Origin: the human T2T-CHM13v2.0 reference genome, Homo sapiens | Assembly (NCBI RefSeq): GCF_009914755.1 | Contig: NC_060943.1 | Length of the DNA stretch: 64,000 nucleotides | Strand: one strand, 5' to 3' | Shown: one piece after another, positions 55,075-64,000 of the stretch | Layout: every line of letters starts with the position of its first letter | How positions within the stretch are numbered: position 1 is the first letter of the stretch | The notes under the pieces: model-generated | Database searches by the model: none | Told to the model about the DNA's origin: nothing | What the model saw: only the letters and a program-made list of their open reading frames with translations | Program-made: the position numbers and the translations under genes

Positions 55075-56859
55075 TCACCAGCCCTTCAATAGTTCATGGA
55101 CATCAGCACCATGGATAGTGACCACGGAAGGGTCATCCCCAGGCACTGCAGCAGGGAGCGCACAGATGGAAAGAAACTGCCGGGAAAAGCTGCCCAGTCT
55201 ATTCTGCCTGAGAAAGACACAATGAGGGAGAACCTGATTCTTCTCTAATTTATTTGTTGTGAGCCCTGTGCACATGACTAAATGTTAGGGTTGTTGGCAA
55301 AGGTTGTTGACACCCCTGGCAGGGCTGATTTCTGTACCCAAAGTATGACCTTGGAGAGGCTGAGTCTGCTCTGGTTTCCCAGTGAATGTCCCTACCTCTG
55401 AGACTCAAGCCATTGTCTCTGCCTACAACACAGTGGGAACTTTTCATGATTAACTTCCGACCCCCGTGCCTGACCTTGGAACCACTACCATCACCCAGCC
55501 TGGAGCACTGCCTGAGCACAGCATCCTGTTCCCTGAGCTCCAGCTAAGCCCCTGGGAAGCTGAGCTGAACCGAGCCCCTGAACAATCCTCTCAGTGACTC
55601 CAGGCCAGGCCTCGTGCCCCATGTCAGAGGCCTTTGCCATCTGCCAGTCCTTCCCACACAATCCTCCTGAGGGACAAGTGGAGGCCTGAACATCTGTCTC
55701 CCAGGGTAGGGCCCAACTTCTCCAGGAGACAAAAACAGACCAGAGTCCTCCCAGTCACCCTCACCCTCCTCATTCCCACCACTTCCCACCCACAGAGGCA
55801 ACTCTGGTCCTACAGACCCACCCCTGCCCTTCCCAAGAGCTCAGGTCCAGTCAATCAGTGTCCCTGCAGGTCACACACACACACCACTCAGAGTGCTCAG
55901 TGGAAGGGTCCACTCAGGTCCCCACTGAGAGTCTCCCGTGCTTTGGATGGGTCAGAATCCTCTTCACATCCCACATCTGGGCAGTCAACAAGGTCTTCTC
56001 TGCACTGTCCTCGCACCTACAGTGTCTGTCTTGGTCATCCTCGTCATCTTTTCTGAGCACGGCCACAGCTCCTAACAAGTGGGGTTAAGGCTCCTGACAG
56101 ATAGGGTTAAGGCATAGGACCGTGATTCTGAGGGCTTCTCAGGTCTTGCCTGTTATGTGAAATTAGCATGTACAACACATAGAATTTGTATGTTTACCTC
56201 ATAATTTTAATGTGCACACCCTTTGATCATTAATTAGTCACATTAAGAAGAGCCTCCCCTGAATCGTGAGTTCTAAGGAGGCAGGAGTACACCTGTCCTG
56301 GTCTCTGCTAAGTCCAGTGACAAGCACCCAGTCTGGCACAAGGATGCTTCATAAATACATGTGGAATAAATGAGATCCTCTTACACCCTGCTCACTTCCC
56401 TGACTTATGTGACCAGACGGAAACTCCTAATGTACAGGAGAGAAAGGCAGAAATGCTGGAGACCAGCGAGAAAGCTGTTTTTTGAAAGAGCAGCAAGTTC
56501 CAGGCCTCTAAAGATACTTCTGGACTTTACGTGGTGCAGAGAAAAAGACAAAACCAATACATTCCCTTCAAACCACTAAAGTGGGTGGGGCCATAGCCTA
56601 ACTGAGAAAGAAAAAGACCAAGGTAGGGTACAGTTCCCCTAACCCACTTTGTTTCCAGACATCAAAAAATACAGTTTGTGGTCTTGGACTCTGATGTGGA
56701 AAAAGTACAAACCAAAAATTGTGTTACCACTAATTTCCTTGCTATGAGCAGTCATGAAATATCAATGTACAACCATACATGCAAAGATACAAATTCAAAC
56801 AGCACTTCAGTGAACATTCACAGGACCAGTGTCAGAGGTCTGCAAACTAACTACATTTG

Positions 56860-62100
<5,241 letters not shown>

Positions 62101-62109
62101 TAAGGAATG

Positions 62110-64000
<1,891 letters not shown>

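Overview
Human/hominid genomic DNA from the CEA gene cluster (chr19q13.2-type), + strand genes. It holds the 3' part of CEACAM6 (A, B and GPI-signal exons plus the 3'UTR exon, ~1-13.56 kb), a repeat-rich intergenic region, and the complete CEACAM3 gene (7 coding exons, 759 nt, 252 aa, ITAM-like tail, ~38.0-53.04 kb), followed by an Alu/L1-dense tail. Main observations: (1) the CEACAM6 terminal exon appears to be an endogenous retrovirus relic. It shows an env signal peptide/SU start, ISD-CX6CC motif and TM anchor, and its poly(A) signal comes from the LTR. It retains an open 100-codon Env-like ORF, and skipping the GPI exon would give a PSG-type secreted C-terminus (DWTRP*). (2) A 177-bp copy of a dead CEACAM3 A-domain exon is patched into an AluY that lies head-to-head with a second Alu. 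(3) CEACAM3 intron 2 holds fossil A and B exons, an LTR8B-like element absent from the paralogous CEACAM6 site, a sense LTR13, and a candidate chimera breakpoint. All gene and repeat names come from recognition by eye and memory, not from database searches. Repeat subfamily labels and boundaries are approximate.
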